A DNA stretch of 64,000 bases from Butyrivibrio sp. (GTDB lineage: Bacteria > Bacillota > Clostridia > Lachnospirales > Lachnospiraceae), in contig JAGBMP010000064.1 of NCBI GenBank assembly GCA_017634825.1, forward strand, positions 10,332-74,331, in the 5' to 3' direction. Under the pieces are notes generated by a model. The model had not been told where the DNA came from and ran no database searches. It saw nothing but the letters and a program-made list of their open reading frames with translations. Below are positions 20,265 to 31,656 of the stretch, piece by piece (within the stretch, counting starts at the first letter, position 1; every line of letters begins with the position of its first letter). The position numbers and the translations under genes are program-made.

Positions 20265-21674
20265 ATGGAAAAATCAGCAAAGACAATGGACAAGATTGTT
20301 GCTCTGGCAAAGGGAAGAGGCTTTATTTATCCCGGATCTGAGATCTATGGCGGACTGGCGAACACTTGGGACTACGGTAATCTCGGCGTAGAGTTCAAGA
20401 ACAACGTTAAGAAGGCATGGTGGCAGAAATTCGTACAGGAGAGTCCCTACAACGTAGGCGTAGACTGTGCGATCCTTATGAACCCTCAGACATGGGTTGC
20501 TTCAGGACATCTTGGCGGTTTCTCAGATCCTCTTATGGATTGTAAGGAGTGCCACGAGAGATTCAGAGCAGATAAGATCATTGAGGACTTTGCTGCTGAG
20601 AATAATATTACTCTTGAGACATCAGTAGACGGATGGTCTCATGAGGAGATGGAGAAGTTCATAAGCGATCACAACGTTCCCTGCCCATCATGTGGCAAGC
20701 ATGACTTCACCAGCATCAGAGAGTTCAACCTTATGTTCAAGACATTCCAGGGTGTAACAGAGGATGCCAAGGATACAGTATATCTTCGTCCCGAGACTGC
20801 CCAGGGAATTTTCGTAAACTTCAAGAATGTACAGCGTTCATCTCGTAAGAAGGTACCTTTCGGAATCTGCCAGGTAGGTAAGAGCTTCCGTAATGAGATC
20901 ACTCCCGGTAACTTTACTTTCCGTACAAGAGAGTTTGAGCAGATGGAGCTTGAGTTCTTCTGCAAGCCCGGAACACAGACAGAGTGGTTTGAGTACTGGA
21001 GAAAGTTCTGCTATGAGTGGCTTCTTTCTCTCGGAATCAAGAAAGAGAACCTTCGTCTTCGTGACCATGATCCTGAGGAGCTTTCATTCTACTCAGATCA
21101 TACAACAGATATCGAGTACGCATTCCCATTCACAGAGTGGGGCGAGCTTTGGGGCATTGCTTCAAGAACAGATTACGACCTTACACGTCATCAGGAGACA
21201 TCAGGCCAGTCTATGGATTACTTCGATGATGAGACAAATGAGAAGTACATCCCATACGTTGTTGAGCCTTCACTTGGTGCAGACCGTGTAGCTCTTGCAT
21301 TCCTTTGCGAAGCATACGATGAGGAGAACCTCGGAACAGAAGATAAGCCGGATATGAGAACTGTTCTTCGTTTCCATCCTGCAATCGCACCTGTTAAGAT
21401 CGGTATCCTGCCTCTTTCCAAGAAGCTCAACGAGGGCGCAGAGAAGATCTATGCTCAGCTTTCAAAGAAGTACAACTGTGAGTTTGACGACAGAGGAAAC
21501 ATCGGTAAGAGATATCGCAGACAGGATGAGATCGGAACACCTTTCTGCATCACATATGATTTTGATTCAGAGACAGACGGCAAGGTAACAGTAAGATTCA
21601 GGGATTCAATGGAGCAGGAGCGTATTGCCATTGATGAGCTTGAGAGCTTCTTTGCTGATAAGTTTGATTTTTAA
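20265..21674 (+). CDS. glyS: Glycine--tRNA ligase (alpha2, class IIa type)
   Basis: [50 protein letters not shown]. Confidence 0.97.
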   Translation: MEKSAKTMDKIVALAKGRGFIYPGSEIYGGLANTWDYGNLGVEFKNNVKKAWWQKFVQESPYNVGVDCAILMNPQTWVASGHLGGFSDPLMDCKECHERFRADKIIEDFAAENNITLETSVDGWSHEEMEKFISDHNVPCPSCGKHDFTSIREFNLMFKTFQGVTEDAKDTVYLRPETAQGIFVNFKNVQRSSRKKVPFGICQVGKSFRNEITPGNFTFRTREFEQMELEFFCKPGTQTEWFEYWRKFCYEWLLSLGIKKENLRLRDHDPEELSFYSDHTTDIEYAFPFTEWGELWGIASRTDYDLTRHQETSGQSMDYFDDETNEKYIPYVVEPSLGADRVALAFLCEAYDEENLGTEDKPDMRTVLRFHPAIAPVKIGILPLSKKLNEGAEKIYAQLSKKYNCEFDDRGNIGKRYRRQDEIGTPFCITYDFDSETDGKVTVRFRDSMEQERIAIDELESFFADKFDF

Positions 21675-21684
21675 TGGAGGATTT

Positions 21685-24336
21685 ATGAAACAGTTTACTG
21701 CTAATGAGCTTAGAAAGGCTTGGAAGGACTTCTACATCAAGAGAGGTCACGTTGATTGCGGAGCCGTATCACTGGTATCGGACGGTTCCACAGGTGTTAT
21801 GTTCAACGTTGCAGGAATGCAGCCACTTATGCCTTATCTTTTAGGTAAGAAGCATCCCATGGGAACAAGACTTTGCAACGTTCAGGGATGTGTTCGTACC
21901 AATGATATTGATTCCGTTGGTGATAAGAGCCACGGAACCTTCTTTGAGATGATGGGAAGCTGGTCACTTGGTGACTACTTCAAGAAAGAACGTTGCCAGT
22001 GGAGCTATGAGCTTCTTACAGAGCTCTTTGGATTTGACAGAGATCACCTTGCTGCAACAGTATTTGCAGGTGATGAGAATGCTCCAAGAGATGAAGAGGG
22101 TGCTAAATACCGTATCGAATCAGGATTTAAGCCTGAGAATATATTCTATCTTCCCGCTGAGGATAACTGGTGGGGACTTGAATATGGTCCCTGTGGCCCC
22201 GACTCTGAGATGTTCTATGTAAAAGACATCCCGGATTGCGGACCTGATTGCGGACCCGGATGCCACTGCGGTAAGTACACAGAGATCGGTAACGACGTAT
22301 TTATGCAGTATGAGAAGCATCACGACGGTACGCTTACACCTCTTTCACAGAAGAACGTAGATACAGGATGGGGACTTGAGAGAATCCTTGCATTCCTCAA
22401 TGGTGTTGATGATGTTTATAAGATCGATCTTCACGCTCCTGTTATCGAATACATTGCAAAAGAGAGCGGAATCGCTTATGAAGCTGACGAGAAGTCAACA
22501 CGTTCAATGAGAATCCTTGCTGATCACACAAGAACAGCAGTAATGCTCATCGGTGATGAGGCTAAGCTCCTTCCTTCAAACACAGGAGCAGGCTACATCT
22601 TAAGAAGACTTATCCGTCGTGCTGTAAGACACGCAAGAGCCCTGGGACTTAAGAAGGAGCAGATTCTCGGAGTAGCAACAATTTATCTTGATGAGTACTC
22701 AGAGAGCTATCCTAACCTTGTTAAATACAGAGAATTCGTATTAAGAGAGCTCGGAAGAGAAATCGACCGTTTCGAGTCAACTCTTGAGAACGGAATGAAA
22801 GAGTTTAAGAAGATCCTTGATAAGACTTCATCAGAAGGAAAGAAGACAGTAGACGGAAAAGATGCATTCTTCCTCTATGATACCTTCGGATTCCCTGTTG
22901 AGCTCACTGTAGAGCTTGCTGGGGAAGAGGGCTTTACTGTAGATAGAGACGTCTTTGCTAAGGCTATGGAAGAGCAGAAGCAGAAGGCAAGAGACAACCA
23001 GAACTTCTCAGCTAACCTCACTACCGGCGCCGGAGTATTCGATTCTCTTGATGAGTCAGTTAAGAGCGAGTTTGTTGGATATACATCTATTACAGCTGAC
23101 GGCAAGATCGTTGCCATGGCTGATGAGGAGCTTTCAGATGAGCTCACAGCCGGATCAAAGGGCAGCATCATTACAGACGTTACACCTTTCTACGGAACAA
23201 TGGGTGGACAGGTTGGAGATATCGGTGTGATCGAGGGCGCAAACGGTGCCAAGTTCACAGTAACAGACACCATCCATGTAGCAGGCGGAAGAACAGCTCA
23301 CGTAGGTGAGGTTACAGAAGGCTCCTTTAAGGTTGGCGATGCTGTTAAGCTCTGCGTAGATGCGGAGAACAGAGCTAAGACCTGCAGAAACCACAGTGCT
23401 ACTCACCTTCTTCAGAAGGCACTTCAGGAAGTACTTGGTGATCACGTTGAGCAGGCAGGTTCTTACCAGGATCCTGACAAGACAAGATTCGACTTCTCAC
23501 ACCATCAGGCTATGACAGCTGAGGAAATCAAAAAGGTTGAGGATCTTGTAAACGAGAAGATCGCAGCAGCCCTTCCTGTTGTCACAGAAGAGATGACAAT
23601 GGAAGAAGCCAAGAAGACAGGAGCTATGGCTCTGTTTGGCGAGAAGTACGGCGAGAGAGTCCGCGTAGTCAAGATGGGAGACTTCTCTATCGAGCTCTGC
23701 GGTGGTACTCACGTATCAAATACAAGTCATGTAGGTATCTTCAAGATTGTTTCAGAGAGCGGCGTTGCAGCAGGAGTTCGTCGTATCGAAGCTCTCACAG
23801 GAAGCAATGCAAGAAACTACTACAGAGATGTTGAGAATAGACTTGATGAGGCAGCTAAGGCACTTAAGACAACACCTGCCGATATTACTGAGCATATAAA
23901 GAAGCTCCAGGAGGAGCTCAAGGCTCTTAAGAGCGAGAACGAGTCCTTAAAGAGTAAGGAAGCTCAGGCAGCTCTCGGAGATGTGGGCGACCAGGTCAAG
24001 GAAGTAAAGGGAGTCAAGCTCCTTGCTACATCTGTTAAGGGCGTTGACATGAACGGCCTTAGAGACTTGGGAGACCAGATGAAGACTAAGCTCGGTGAGG
24101 GCGTAGTAGTTCTTATCTCTGAGCTTGATGGCAAGGTAAACCTTGTAACCATGGCTACAGACGGAGCAATGGCAAAGGGTGCTCATGCAGGTAACCTCGT
24201 TAAGGCAATTGCGCCTAAGGTAGGCGGAGGCGGCGGTGGTCGTCCGAACATGGCTCAGGCCGGCGGCAAGAACCCTGCAGGTATCGCAGATGCCATAGCT
24301 GAGGCAGAAAAGGTCCTTGGTGAGCAGATAGGATAA
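21685..24336 (+). CDS. alaS: Alanine--tRNA ligase
   Basis: FNVAGMQPL, HGTFFEMMG, GPCGPDSE, DTGWGLER, editing motifs HSATHLL and ELCGGTH, DHHA1 GGGGGRP. ATG 21685 follows SD ggagg. Confidence 0.97.
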   Translation: MKQFTANELRKAWKDFYIKRGHVDCGAVSLVSDGSTGVMFNVAGMQPLMPYLLGKKHPMGTRLCNVQGCVRTNDIDSVGDKSHGTFFEMMGSWSLGDYFKKERCQWSYELLTELFGFDRDHLAATVFAGDENAPRDEEGAKYRIESGFKPENIFYLPAEDNWWGLEYGPCGPDSEMFYVKDIPDCGPDCGPGCHCGKYTEIGNDVFMQYEKHHDGTLTPLSQKNVDTGWGLERILAFLNGVDDVYKIDLHAPVIEYIAKESGIAYEADEKSTRSMRILADHTRTAVMLIGDEAKLLPSNTGAGYILRRLIRRAVRHARALGLKKEQILGVATIYLDEYSESYPNLVKYREFVLRELGREIDRFESTLENGMKEFKKILDKTSSEGKKTVDGKDAFFLYDTFGFPVELTVELAGEEGFTVDRDVFAKAMEEQKQKARDNQNFSANLTTGAGVFDSLDESVKSEFVGYTSITADGKIVAMADEELSDELTAGSKGSIITDVTPFYGTMGGQVGDIGVIEGANGAKFTVTDTIHVAGGRTAHVGEVTEGSFKVGDAVKLCVDAENRAKTCRNHSATHLLQKALQEVLGDHVEQAGSYQDPDKTRFDFSHHQAMTAEEIKKVEDLVNEKIAAALPVVTEEMTMEEAKKTGAMALFGEKYGERVRVVKMGDFSIELCGGTHVSNTSHVGIFKIVSESGVAAGVRRIEALTGSNARNYYRDVENRLDEAAKALKTTPADITEHIKKLQEELKALKSENESLKSKEAQAALGDVGDQVKEVKGVKLLATSVKGVDMNGLRDLGDQMKTKLGEGVVVLISELDGKVNLVTMATDGAMAKGAHAGNLVKAIAPKVGGGGGGRPNMAQAGGKNPAGIADAIAEAEKVLGEQIG

Positions 24337-24347
24337 AAAGGTAAAAG

Positions 24348-26153
24348 ATGGGGCTATTCGATTTACTACAAATTAAGACTCAAAATGAAGACGCCTTTGA
24401 AGAAGAATTAAAAGAGCTCGAGACTCAGAAAAAGCACATCATCGAAAAGATCGGTGAGAAGTTTGCATCTGAGAATCGCTACAATGACATGTCTGGGACA
24501 CAGTACGAGGAGCTGTTTCATAAGCTTTCGAAAATTGAGGGTGAAATGGACAGGCTCCTTGATGAAGGTCCCATAGACAATGTCCTTAAAGGCGAAGAAA
24601 ACGAAGGGCAGTATGAAGGGGCATCAGGCAGTAAACTCCAGTTGAGGCTTGTTATCTCCGGAACAGTGCTGTTTGTTGTCGTGTGCCTTGGAATAGGGCT
24701 GGCTCTTTTATACAGACAGCCCAAAGTTGACCTTGGAAATGATGAACCGTCACAGGCAGTTATTGTAGAAGGGCCTGATGCAGCATCAGAAGAGAGCACT
24801 GTGGTTTCGCCTCAGCAGCTCATGGAAGACTTTGGCCTGTATAAATCTAACCGTGCCAACTATGAAAACTCTCAGGTGCTTGATTATACCAAGTACAAGA
24901 GATACGACTCGGAGATCACCGGATTTTCTTTTAACTATCCATCAGATATCTATAATGATGTGAAGATGGTGAACAATCAGGAAGACGGTGACTACGGCAA
25001 AACCATTAGAAGTATCACGTTCTCCGGAACAGACGGCTCAACAGCTGTCTTCAGCGTCTATGAAAACGGACTTAATTACAAAAAAGACATGGACGCCATG
25101 ATGGAGAAGGTCATAAGTTCCGAGAAAGACAAGCTCTTTTCACCTGTTGTGGAAAAGAGTCAGATCTCAAAGGAAAAGGACAATGCCATTGTGATCATTA
25201 CGGCTTACGCCGATGGCGGAGCTGAGGCTGAACGCGTTTATGATCTTTGCAGGATAGAAAACGAAAAGATATATCAGATGAAGCTGACCTATCCAAGACC
25301 TGTTGACGAGGAAGAGGACAAGCAGAAGGCATATTATTCCTATGTTTTGTATAATCTCTGCGGATTTAGCGGAGCAGAGGCTGACAAGCTTGAGAGCTTC
25401 GAGGAGTTTGTGGACAGAAACTATACAAATTTTCAGCTATCTCAGCAGCAGAAGGATATCTTCTGGGGAATCATGGACAACATGGTAACTTCAAGAGACC
25501 TCTATGACCAGCAGGGGAAGGAGCGTGTTGTACCGGTTGGAATCACTAAGGAGCTTAAAGATATCCTCTCAGAGGATCCACTGCTTCTTCAGATGTACTT
25601 AAAAGCAGGAATCAACAAGGACAATGAAAATATCCAGTCCGAGCGATTCGCCTGTATCGTCGATCAGGGCGATGGCACCACCAAGATGTACCTAAAGAGT
25701 GAGCTTGGGAAAGAGGAATTTGAGGAGTTTTACAGCAAGGCTGTCGGAGAGAAAGATGTGCTCGGCGGATCCCTTGCATATGCCAAGACTTTTTTCCGTG
25801 ATATGTTTTCACTTGAACTTGATGTAAACAGTGTGATGCAGGATAATCCGAGTGTTTATCCTGAGGGCACTTCACTTTTGTTATACAGTCCAAGCTATAA
25901 TGAACTGGTATATGCCAGCGGATACGGAAACAGAAACAGAGTAGACGGTCCGGAAGACTATGATTATAACGAAGAGCTTCAGTGCTTTGATTATCACTTC
26001 GGTCCTGTCTATGAACTTACTCCGGGCGATCTTAACTGGCAGCAGAAAAGAGATGAAGAAGATCCCGGAAACGGTATCTATATCGCGCATATTCGTCCAT
26101 ATCTCAACAATTCTCTTGGCTTTAAGCTTTTGGGAATTGAGAGAGTGGAATAA
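24348..26153 (+). CDS. Hypothetical single-pass membrane protein with large extracellular region
   Basis: N-terminal coiled coil, one TM (LVISGTVLFVVVCLGIGLALLY), then about 480 aa of soluble sequence. Confidence 0.75.
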   Translation: MGLFDLLQIKTQNEDAFEEELKELETQKKHIIEKIGEKFASENRYNDMSGTQYEELFHKLSKIEGEMDRLLDEGPIDNVLKGEENEGQYEGASGSKLQLRLVISGTVLFVVVCLGIGLALLYRQPKVDLGNDEPSQAVIVEGPDAASEESTVVSPQQLMEDFGLYKSNRANYENSQVLDYTKYKRYDSEITGFSFNYPSDIYNDVKMVNNQEDGDYGKTIRSITFSGTDGSTAVFSVYENGLNYKKDMDAMMEKVISSEKDKLFSPVVEKSQISKEKDNAIVIITAYADGGAEAERVYDLCRIENEKIYQMKLTYPRPVDEEEDKQKAYYSYVLYNLCGFSGAEADKLESFEEFVDRNYTNFQLSQQQKDIFWGIMDNMVTSRDLYDQQGKERVVPVGITKELKDILSEDPLLLQMYLKAGINKDNENIQSERFACIVDQGDGTTKMYLKSELGKEEFEEFYSKAVGEKDVLGGSLAYAKTFFRDMFSLELDVNSVMQDNPSVYPEGTSLLLYSPSYNELVYASGYGNRNRVDGPEDYDYNEELQCFDYHFGPVYELTPGDLNWQQKRDEEDPGNGIYIAHIRPYLNNSLGFKLLGIERVE

Positions 26154-26181
26154 AATAACCAAAAGAAATTTAAATTTTCCC

Positions 26182-26210
26182 TTGACGGAATTTGGGTTTT
26201 ATGCAATAAT
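26182..26210 (+). promoter_or_regulatory. Sigma-A promoter of rpsU
   Basis: TTGACG-17-AATAAT with an extended TG. Confidence 0.55.
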
Positions 26211-26302
26211 ATGTGATGTTATGTGAGCAAATGGCTCAAAACATAGCAAATAACCCAATCAGTCATGTACTTAATGGGACTGAAGGGAGGGTAAGAGTAG
26301 AG

Positions 26303-26479
26303 ATGTCAACTGTAGTAGTAAAAGAAAACGAGACTTTGGATAGCGCACTGCGTCGTTTTAAGAGAAGTTGCGCAAAGGCTGGTATCCAGCAGGAGATCCG
26401 TAAGAGAGAGCACTACGAGAAGCCAAGCGTAAGACGCAAGAAGAAGTCTGAAGCAGCAAGAAAGCGCAAATATAACTAA
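26303..26479 (+). CDS. rpsU: 30S ribosomal protein S21
   Basis: [21 protein letters not shown]...[13 protein letters not shown], 58 aa from ATG 26303. Confidence 0.97.
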   Translation: MSTVVVKENETLDSALRRFKRSCAKAGIQQEIRKREHYEKPSVRRKKKSEAARKRKYN

Positions 26480-26488
26480 ATCAATTGG

Positions 26489-26519
26489 AAGGGTCCCTGG
26501 ATTTTCCGGGGACCTTTTT
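26489..26519 (+). terminator. Intrinsic terminator after rpsU
   Basis: Stem ggtccctgg/ccggggacc followed by ttttt. Confidence 0.8.
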
Positions 26520-26596
26520 ATGTATTGTAAAACTCAAAGTACAAATCTTTGCTTAGCTGTGATAAAATACTTTTTGTTACGTTTGAAATGGGATAA

Positions 26597-27487
26597 GTGC
26601 CTATGTCGATTTCTTCTATTGTCATAATTGCATTACTGATAGTTTTATCCGGTATTGTCATCTATCACGACACTCATAATTTCAAGATTTATGAGTACGA
26701 AGTTACTACTGACAAGCTGGATCGGGACTTCGTATATGTATTTTTGACGGACCTTCACGGATATTTTTACGGGAAGGGCAATGAAAAGCTTATAGAAGCT
26801 GTTGATAAGATATCACCGGATGCCATATTCTGTGCGGGTGATATGATCACTGCAACCAAGAACCATCACAATGTAGAGGTGGATTCGGGGCTGCGACTTT
26901 TGGAGAACCTTTCATCCAGATATCCCGTATATATTTCAAACGGCAATCACGAGGAGAAGATAAAAGCATACAGAGGTTCCTTTGGGAATCTCTTTGAAAG
27001 ATATAAGAACAGATTAAAAAGAGCCGGAGCAGTGTATCTTGAAAATGACTCTGTGATGATAGAAGGAACCAATATCAGAGTTACCGGCCTTTGCCTTGAC
27101 CTTGGCTTTTTTAAGAAGGTTGTTAAGGCCAATATGGACGACAAATATCTCGATAATCTTTTAGGCCGCGTAAATACTGCCGAGAAGGAGAATTATCAGA
27201 TACTCATAGCTCATAATCCAATCTATTTTAAAAACTATGCCGACTGGGGAGCAGACCTTGCTCTTTCCGGCCATGTTCACGGCGGGATCATAAGACTTCC
27301 GCTTCTTGGAGGTGTAATCTCGCCTGCAATAGCTCTTTTCCCTAAATACGATGCGGGAAAGTATGAGAAGGACAAAAGCACCATGATACTCAGCAGAGGC
27401 CTCGGAACTCACACGATTCATGTGAGAATGTTTAATCCGGGTGAGGTTTCTGTTATAAAACTACGAGGAAAAAAGAATGTCACTTGA
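26597..27487 (+). CDS. Calcineurin-like metallophosphoesterase (YkuE-like)
   Basis: TDLH, AGD, GNHE, AHNP, SGHVHGG, SRGLG; N-terminal TM. Confidence 0.92.
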   Translation: MPMSISSIVIIALLIVLSGIVIYHDTHNFKIYEYEVTTDKLDRDFVYVFLTDLHGYFYGKGNEKLIEAVDKISPDAIFCAGDMITATKNHHNVEVDSGLRLLENLSSRYPVYISNGNHEEKIKAYRGSFGNLFERYKNRLKRAGAVYLENDSVMIEGTNIRVTGLCLDLGFFKKVVKANMDDKYLDNLLGRVNTAEKENYQILIAHNPIYFKNYADWGADLALSGHVHGGIIRLPLLGGVISPAIALFPKYDAGKYEKDKSTMILSRGLGTHTIHVRMFNPGEVSVIKLRGKKNVT

Positions 27488-28226
27488 GGTCAAACTTCAG
27501 GTGTTTGAAGGCCCCCTTGACCTTCTGATGCACCTTATCGATAAGAATCAGATAGATATTTACGATATTCCCATCGTTACCATTACAGAGCAGTATATGG
27601 CATATATTAATGCCATGCAGAGGGAAGACATGGATGTTACCTCTGAATTTCTGGTTATGGCAGCAACACTTATTGACATTAAATGTAAGATGCTTCTTCC
27701 TAAGGAAGTCAATGAGGACGGCGAGGAAGAGGATCCCAGAGCTGAGCTTGTTGAGAAGCTTCTTGAGTACAAGATGTACAAATATATGGCATACGAACTC
27801 AGGGACATGCAGATGGATGCCGACATGCAGTGGTTCAGGACAAAAGACCTGCCTAAGGAAGTCAAGGACTACGAGATGCCCATTGACTTTTCAGACCTTA
27901 TCGGCGATACAACACTGACCAAGCTCAATTCAATCTTCCAGGAACTCCTTAAAAGGCAGGAGGATAAGGTGGATCCGATCAGAAGTAAGTTCGGAAACAT
28001 CGAGAAGGAAGAGATCGACATGGATGCCAAGACTCTTTATATCAAGGCATACATCAGAGAACACGAGAAATTCAGTTTCAGACAGCTCCTTGAGAAACAG
28101 CACAGCAAGACCGAGATCATTGTGACCTTCCTTGTTATGCTTGAGGAGATGAAGCTTGGTGAGATAGAGATCGAGCAGGAGACCACATTCGGCGACATAA
28201 TAATAACATCCAGAAAGGCAAACTAA
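27477..28226 (+). CDS. scpA: Segregation/condensation protein A
   Basis: FEGPLDLL, EFLVMAATL, EDPRAELV, IVTFLVMLE. Confidence 0.95.
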   Translation: MSLEVKLQVFEGPLDLLMHLIDKNQIDIYDIPIVTITEQYMAYINAMQREDMDVTSEFLVMAATLIDIKCKMLLPKEVNEDGEEEDPRAELVEKLLEYKMYKYMAYELRDMQMDADMQWFRTKDLPKEVKDYEMPIDFSDLIGDTTLTKLNSIFQELLKRQEDKVDPIRSKFGNIEKEEIDMDAKTLYIKAYIREHEKFSFRQLLEKQHSKTEIIVTFLVMLEEMKLGEIEIEQETTFGDIIITSRKAN

Positions 28227-28227
28227 G

Positions 28228-28797
28228 ATGACCAGAGAAGAAGGCGCAGCCATTGTTGAGGCTATTCTTTTTACCATGGGAGATTCCGTTGAGATAAGTT
28301 CCCTCGCTAAGGCAATGGAGGAGGAGCCCAAAAAGGTTAAAGACTATATTGCATATCTGAAAGAGAAATATGAGAAAGAGGACAGCGGAATAGGCATCAT
28401 TGAACTTGATAAAGCCGTTCAGCTCTGCACCAAAAAAGAGATGTACGAGTACCTGGTCAAGATTGCCAAGGCACCCAAAAAGGCAGTACTGACCGATTCA
28501 CTCATGGAGACTCTTTCCATAATTGCTTACAAGCAGCCTATAACAAGGCTCGAAGTTGAGAAGATCCGTGGTGTAAACAGCGATCATGCAGTCAACAGAC
28601 TTGTTGAGTTTGGACTGGTTCAGGAGCTCGGAAGACTTGATGCACCGGGAAGGCCACTTCTGTTTGGAACCACAGAGGAGTTTTTAAGGAGCTTTGGAGT
28701 TCGTTCCATCGAAGAACTGCCGGCAATAGGCACTGTACAGGTGGAAGAGTTCAAGGCACAGGCAGAGGCAGAGGTTAATTTAAAGCTTGATATTTAA
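28228..28797 (+). CDS. scpB: SMC-Scp complex subunit ScpB
   Basis: ETLSIIAYKQPITR, IRGV, PGRPLLFGTTEEFL. Confidence 0.96.
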   Translation: MTREEGAAIVEAILFTMGDSVEISSLAKAMEEEPKKVKDYIAYLKEKYEKEDSGIGIIELDKAVQLCTKKEMYEYLVKIAKAPKKAVLTDSLMETLSIIAYKQPITRLEVEKIRGVNSDHAVNRLVEFGLVQELGRLDAPGRPLLFGTTEEFLRSFGVRSIEELPAIGTVQVEEFKAQAEAEVNLKLDI

Positions 28798-28804
28798 AAA
28801 CCTA

Positions 28805-28843
28805 GGGAGAATGCGAAATAATTGGCATTCTCCTCTTTTTTTT
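28805..28843 (+). terminator. Intrinsic terminator after scpB
   Basis: Stem ggagaatgc/gcattctcc followed by a long T run. Confidence 0.8.
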
Positions 28844-28921
28844 GCCGATTTTTGTGATATACTATACTGTGACTAAAGTTGCGGAATTTATGCATAAAAA
28901 TATATTCATGGAGGTAAACAA

Positions 28922-30352
28922 ATGAGTAGTTCTTCACAAGCGAGTCAAAGAATAAATGCTTTGCTCGATGAAAACAGTTTCGTTGAAATTGGCGCACTTG
29001 TGACCGCAAGAAGCACAGATTTCAATCTGAAACAGGAAGAGACACCATCAGACGGTGTGGTAACCGGCTACGGTGTCATTGACGGAAATCTGGTGTATGT
29101 ATACAGCCAGGATTCGTCTGTACTTGGCGGATCTATTGGTGAGATGCATGCGGGGAAGATCGTTCGTCTTTATGACCTGGCTATTAAGACCGGATCACCT
29201 GTTATCGGACTTATCGATTCAGCAGGCCTTCGTCTTCAGGAAGGCAGCGATGCACTCAATGCATTCGGTGAGATTTATCTTAAGCAGGTGGAGGCTTCAG
29301 GTGTAGTTCCTCAGATAACAGCTGTCTTTGGAACATGTGGTGGAGGACTAGCTTTAATACCTTCAATTACAGATTTCACATTCATGGAGTCTGACAAGGC
29401 TAAAATGTTTGTCAACTCACCTAACGTACTTGATGGCAACTATAAAGAGAAACTTGATACATCAAGTGCCAAGTGGCAGAGCGAGAACGCAGGCAACGTT
29501 GATGTTGTGGCTGATGAGGCTGCAATCTATGCTCAGATCAGAGAGCTCGTTTCACTTCTTCCTTCTAACAACGAAGACGGTGATTCTTATGACGAGTGCA
29601 CAGATGATCTCAACAGAGCGTGCGAGAATCTAGACGGCTACACAGCAGACCCTGCTCTTATCGCAGGTCAGATCGCTGATAACGGCGTATTCTTTGAGAC
29701 AAAGAGAGACTATGCAAAAGAGATGGTTACAGGTTTTGTTAAGCTTAACGGATCAACCGTTGGTCTTGTAGGAAACCGTACAGCACTCTTTGACGAAAAC
29801 GGCAAAGAAGCAGAGAAGTTTGGCGACAAGCTCACAGCTCATGCATGTGGCAAGGCAGCTGAGTTCATTAACTTCTGCGATGCTTTCGATATTCCTGTTC
29901 TTACACTTACGAACGCAACAGGCTTTGGCTCAACACAGTGTGATGAGAAGCACGTTGCAAAGGCTGCAGGCAAGCTTGTATTTGCTCTTGCAAACGCAAC
30001 AGTTCCAAAGGTTAACCTTGTAACCGGCAAGGCTTTTGGAAGTGCTTATGTTGTTATGAACTCTAAGGCTCTTGGCGCAGACATCACCATCAGCTGGCCT
30101 GATGCTCAGATCGGAACAATGGATGCAAATATCGCAGCCAAGATCATATGTGACGGCAAGGATGCTGAGACAGTATCCAAGACAGCTACAGAGTATGCTC
30201 AGCTTCAGAACAATGTTAAGAGCGCTGCAGCAAGAGGATATGTAGATGAGATCATCGAGCCCGCTGACACAAGAAAGTATGTCATCGGCGCTTTCGAGAT
30301 GCTTTTTACAAAGAGGGATGAGCGTCCTGCCAAGAAACACGGCACAGTTTAA
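28922..30352 (+). CDS. Acyl-CoA carboxyltransferase (methylmalonyl-CoA decarboxylase alpha-like)
   Basis: DGVVTGYG, GGSIGEMH, DSAGLRLQEG, SGVVPQI, FCDAFDIP, KAFGSAY, KKHG. Confidence 0.9.
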   Translation: MSSSSQASQRINALLDENSFVEIGALVTARSTDFNLKQEETPSDGVVTGYGVIDGNLVYVYSQDSSVLGGSIGEMHAGKIVRLYDLAIKTGSPVIGLIDSAGLRLQEGSDALNAFGEIYLKQVEASGVVPQITAVFGTCGGGLALIPSITDFTFMESDKAKMFVNSPNVLDGNYKEKLDTSSAKWQSENAGNVDVVADEAAIYAQIRELVSLLPSNNEDGDSYDECTDDLNRACENLDGYTADPALIAGQIADNGVFFETKRDYAKEMVTGFVKLNGSTVGLVGNRTALFDENGKEAEKFGDKLTAHACGKAAEFINFCDAFDIPVLTLTNATGFGSTQCDEKHVAKAAGKLVFALANATVPKVNLVTGKAFGSAYVVMNSKALGADITISWPDAQIGTMDANIAAKIICDGKDAETVSKTATEYAQLQNNVKSAAARGYVDEIIEPADTRKYVIGAFEMLFTKRDERPAKKHGTV

Positions 30353-30369
30353 TGAAGGGAGCACTCAGA

Positions 30370-31221
30370 ATGAAGCATAAAATACTTGTTTTGGGACTTG
30401 TTATGAGCTGCCTCCTTGGTTTAACAGCCTGTGGAAAAGAGATTACCTACAACACTGTTGAGGGTAGCAGATACAATCCCGATGAATTCAACCAGGATTT
30501 CATGGCTAATTACGCCAGCATATTCGAGGACAGGTTATTCGAACAGTGGTATCTTCGCGACATAACCCCAGAGAACTTCGAGAAGGAGCTGTACTTTGAT
30601 ATAGCTACAAGTCAGCAGGGCGGAACAATCACCTATGACGATGACTTCTTTGAGGTTTGCAGATCCGGATATGATAGCTGGTATAAGGCTATTGAGGATA
30701 TCGGATTTACTTCAAAAGACACACTTGCTGATGAAGTAAAGGTAACCGATACAACCTATTACATCAATGATGATGGCGTTCTTGTACTTGACGCCACAGT
30801 TACAGGAACCAAGCACTCCGCTCTTATGGAGATGTATTTAAACAACAGTGGTCTTCCTACAGACGTAGGTATTACAGTCAATAAGACCACAGGAGAGAAG
30901 CTTGAGAATGCCGGACTTAATACTCTTCTCGGAATGGGAATGGCATTCGCAGTACTTATCATTATTTCTCTTATAATTTCATTGTTCCCGCTTATCTCCG
31001 GAACAGGCAGAAAGAAGAAAGAGAGCGATAAGGAAATTGCCGAGAAGGCAATGGATAATACAATCACTCAGATTGCTGACAAAGAGGATCTTTCCTCTGA
31101 CGCTGAGCTGGTTGCAGTTATTGCAGCAGCTATCGCAGCATATGAGGGAAGCGCATCTACAGATGGCTTCACAGTAAGATCTATCAGAAAAGTAAATTCA
31201 AAATGGAAGAATAACAGATAA
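30370..31221 (+). CDS. OadG-family (gamma/delta) decarboxylase subunit with N-terminal lipoprotein domain
   Basis: Lipobox LTAC; C-terminal NTLLGMGMAFAVL TM and ELVAVIAAAIAAY...VRSI motif. Confidence 0.85.
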   Translation: MKHKILVLGLVMSCLLGLTACGKEITYNTVEGSRYNPDEFNQDFMANYASIFEDRLFEQWYLRDITPENFEKELYFDIATSQQGGTITYDDDFFEVCRSGYDSWYKAIEDIGFTSKDTLADEVKVTDTTYYINDDGVLVLDATVTGTKHSALMEMYLNNSGLPTDVGITVNKTTGEKLENAGLNTLLGMGMAFAVLIIISLIISLFPLISGTGRKKKESDKEIAEKAMDNTITQIADKEDLSSDAELVAVIAAAIAAYEGSASTDGFTVRSIRKVNSKWKNNR

Positions 31222-31246
31222 GCTTTGGGCTTTGAAAGGAGAAACA

Positions 31247-31609
31247 ATGAAGAACTATACAATAACCGTTAACGGAAACGTATATGATGTAACAGTAGAG
31301 GAAGGCGCAGGCGGAGCTGCTCCCGTAGCAAGAGCAGCAGCTCCCGCTCCTAAGGCTCCCGCAGCTCCTGCCAAGAAGGCCAGCGCAGGCGCAGGTTCTA
31401 TCAAGATCGAGGCAGGTGCAGCAGGTAAGGTTCTCAGAATCGATGCTAACGTTGGCGCTGCAGTTAAGAAAGGCGACACAGTTGTTACTCTTGAGTCTAT
31501 GAAGATGGAGATCCCTATGGTAGCTCCTCAGGACGGAACAGTAGCAAGCATTGATGTTGCTGCAGGTGATGCAGTAGAGGCAGGAAGAGTACTTGCAACT
31601 CTCAACTGA
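31247..31609 (+). CDS. Biotin carboxyl carrier protein
   Basis: ITVNGNVYDVTVEE, an Ala/Pro linker and the ESMKME biotinylation site. Confidence 0.93.
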   Translation: MKNYTITVNGNVYDVTVEEGAGGAAPVARAAAPAPKAPAAPAKKASAGAGSIKIEAGAAGKVLRIDANVGAAVKKGDTVVTLESMKMEIPMVAPQDGTVASIDVAAGDAVEAGRVLATLN

Positions 31610-31656
31610 TAAGGTCAGAGAAACTTAAAGTTTGAAAAAACAGAAAGAGGATACGA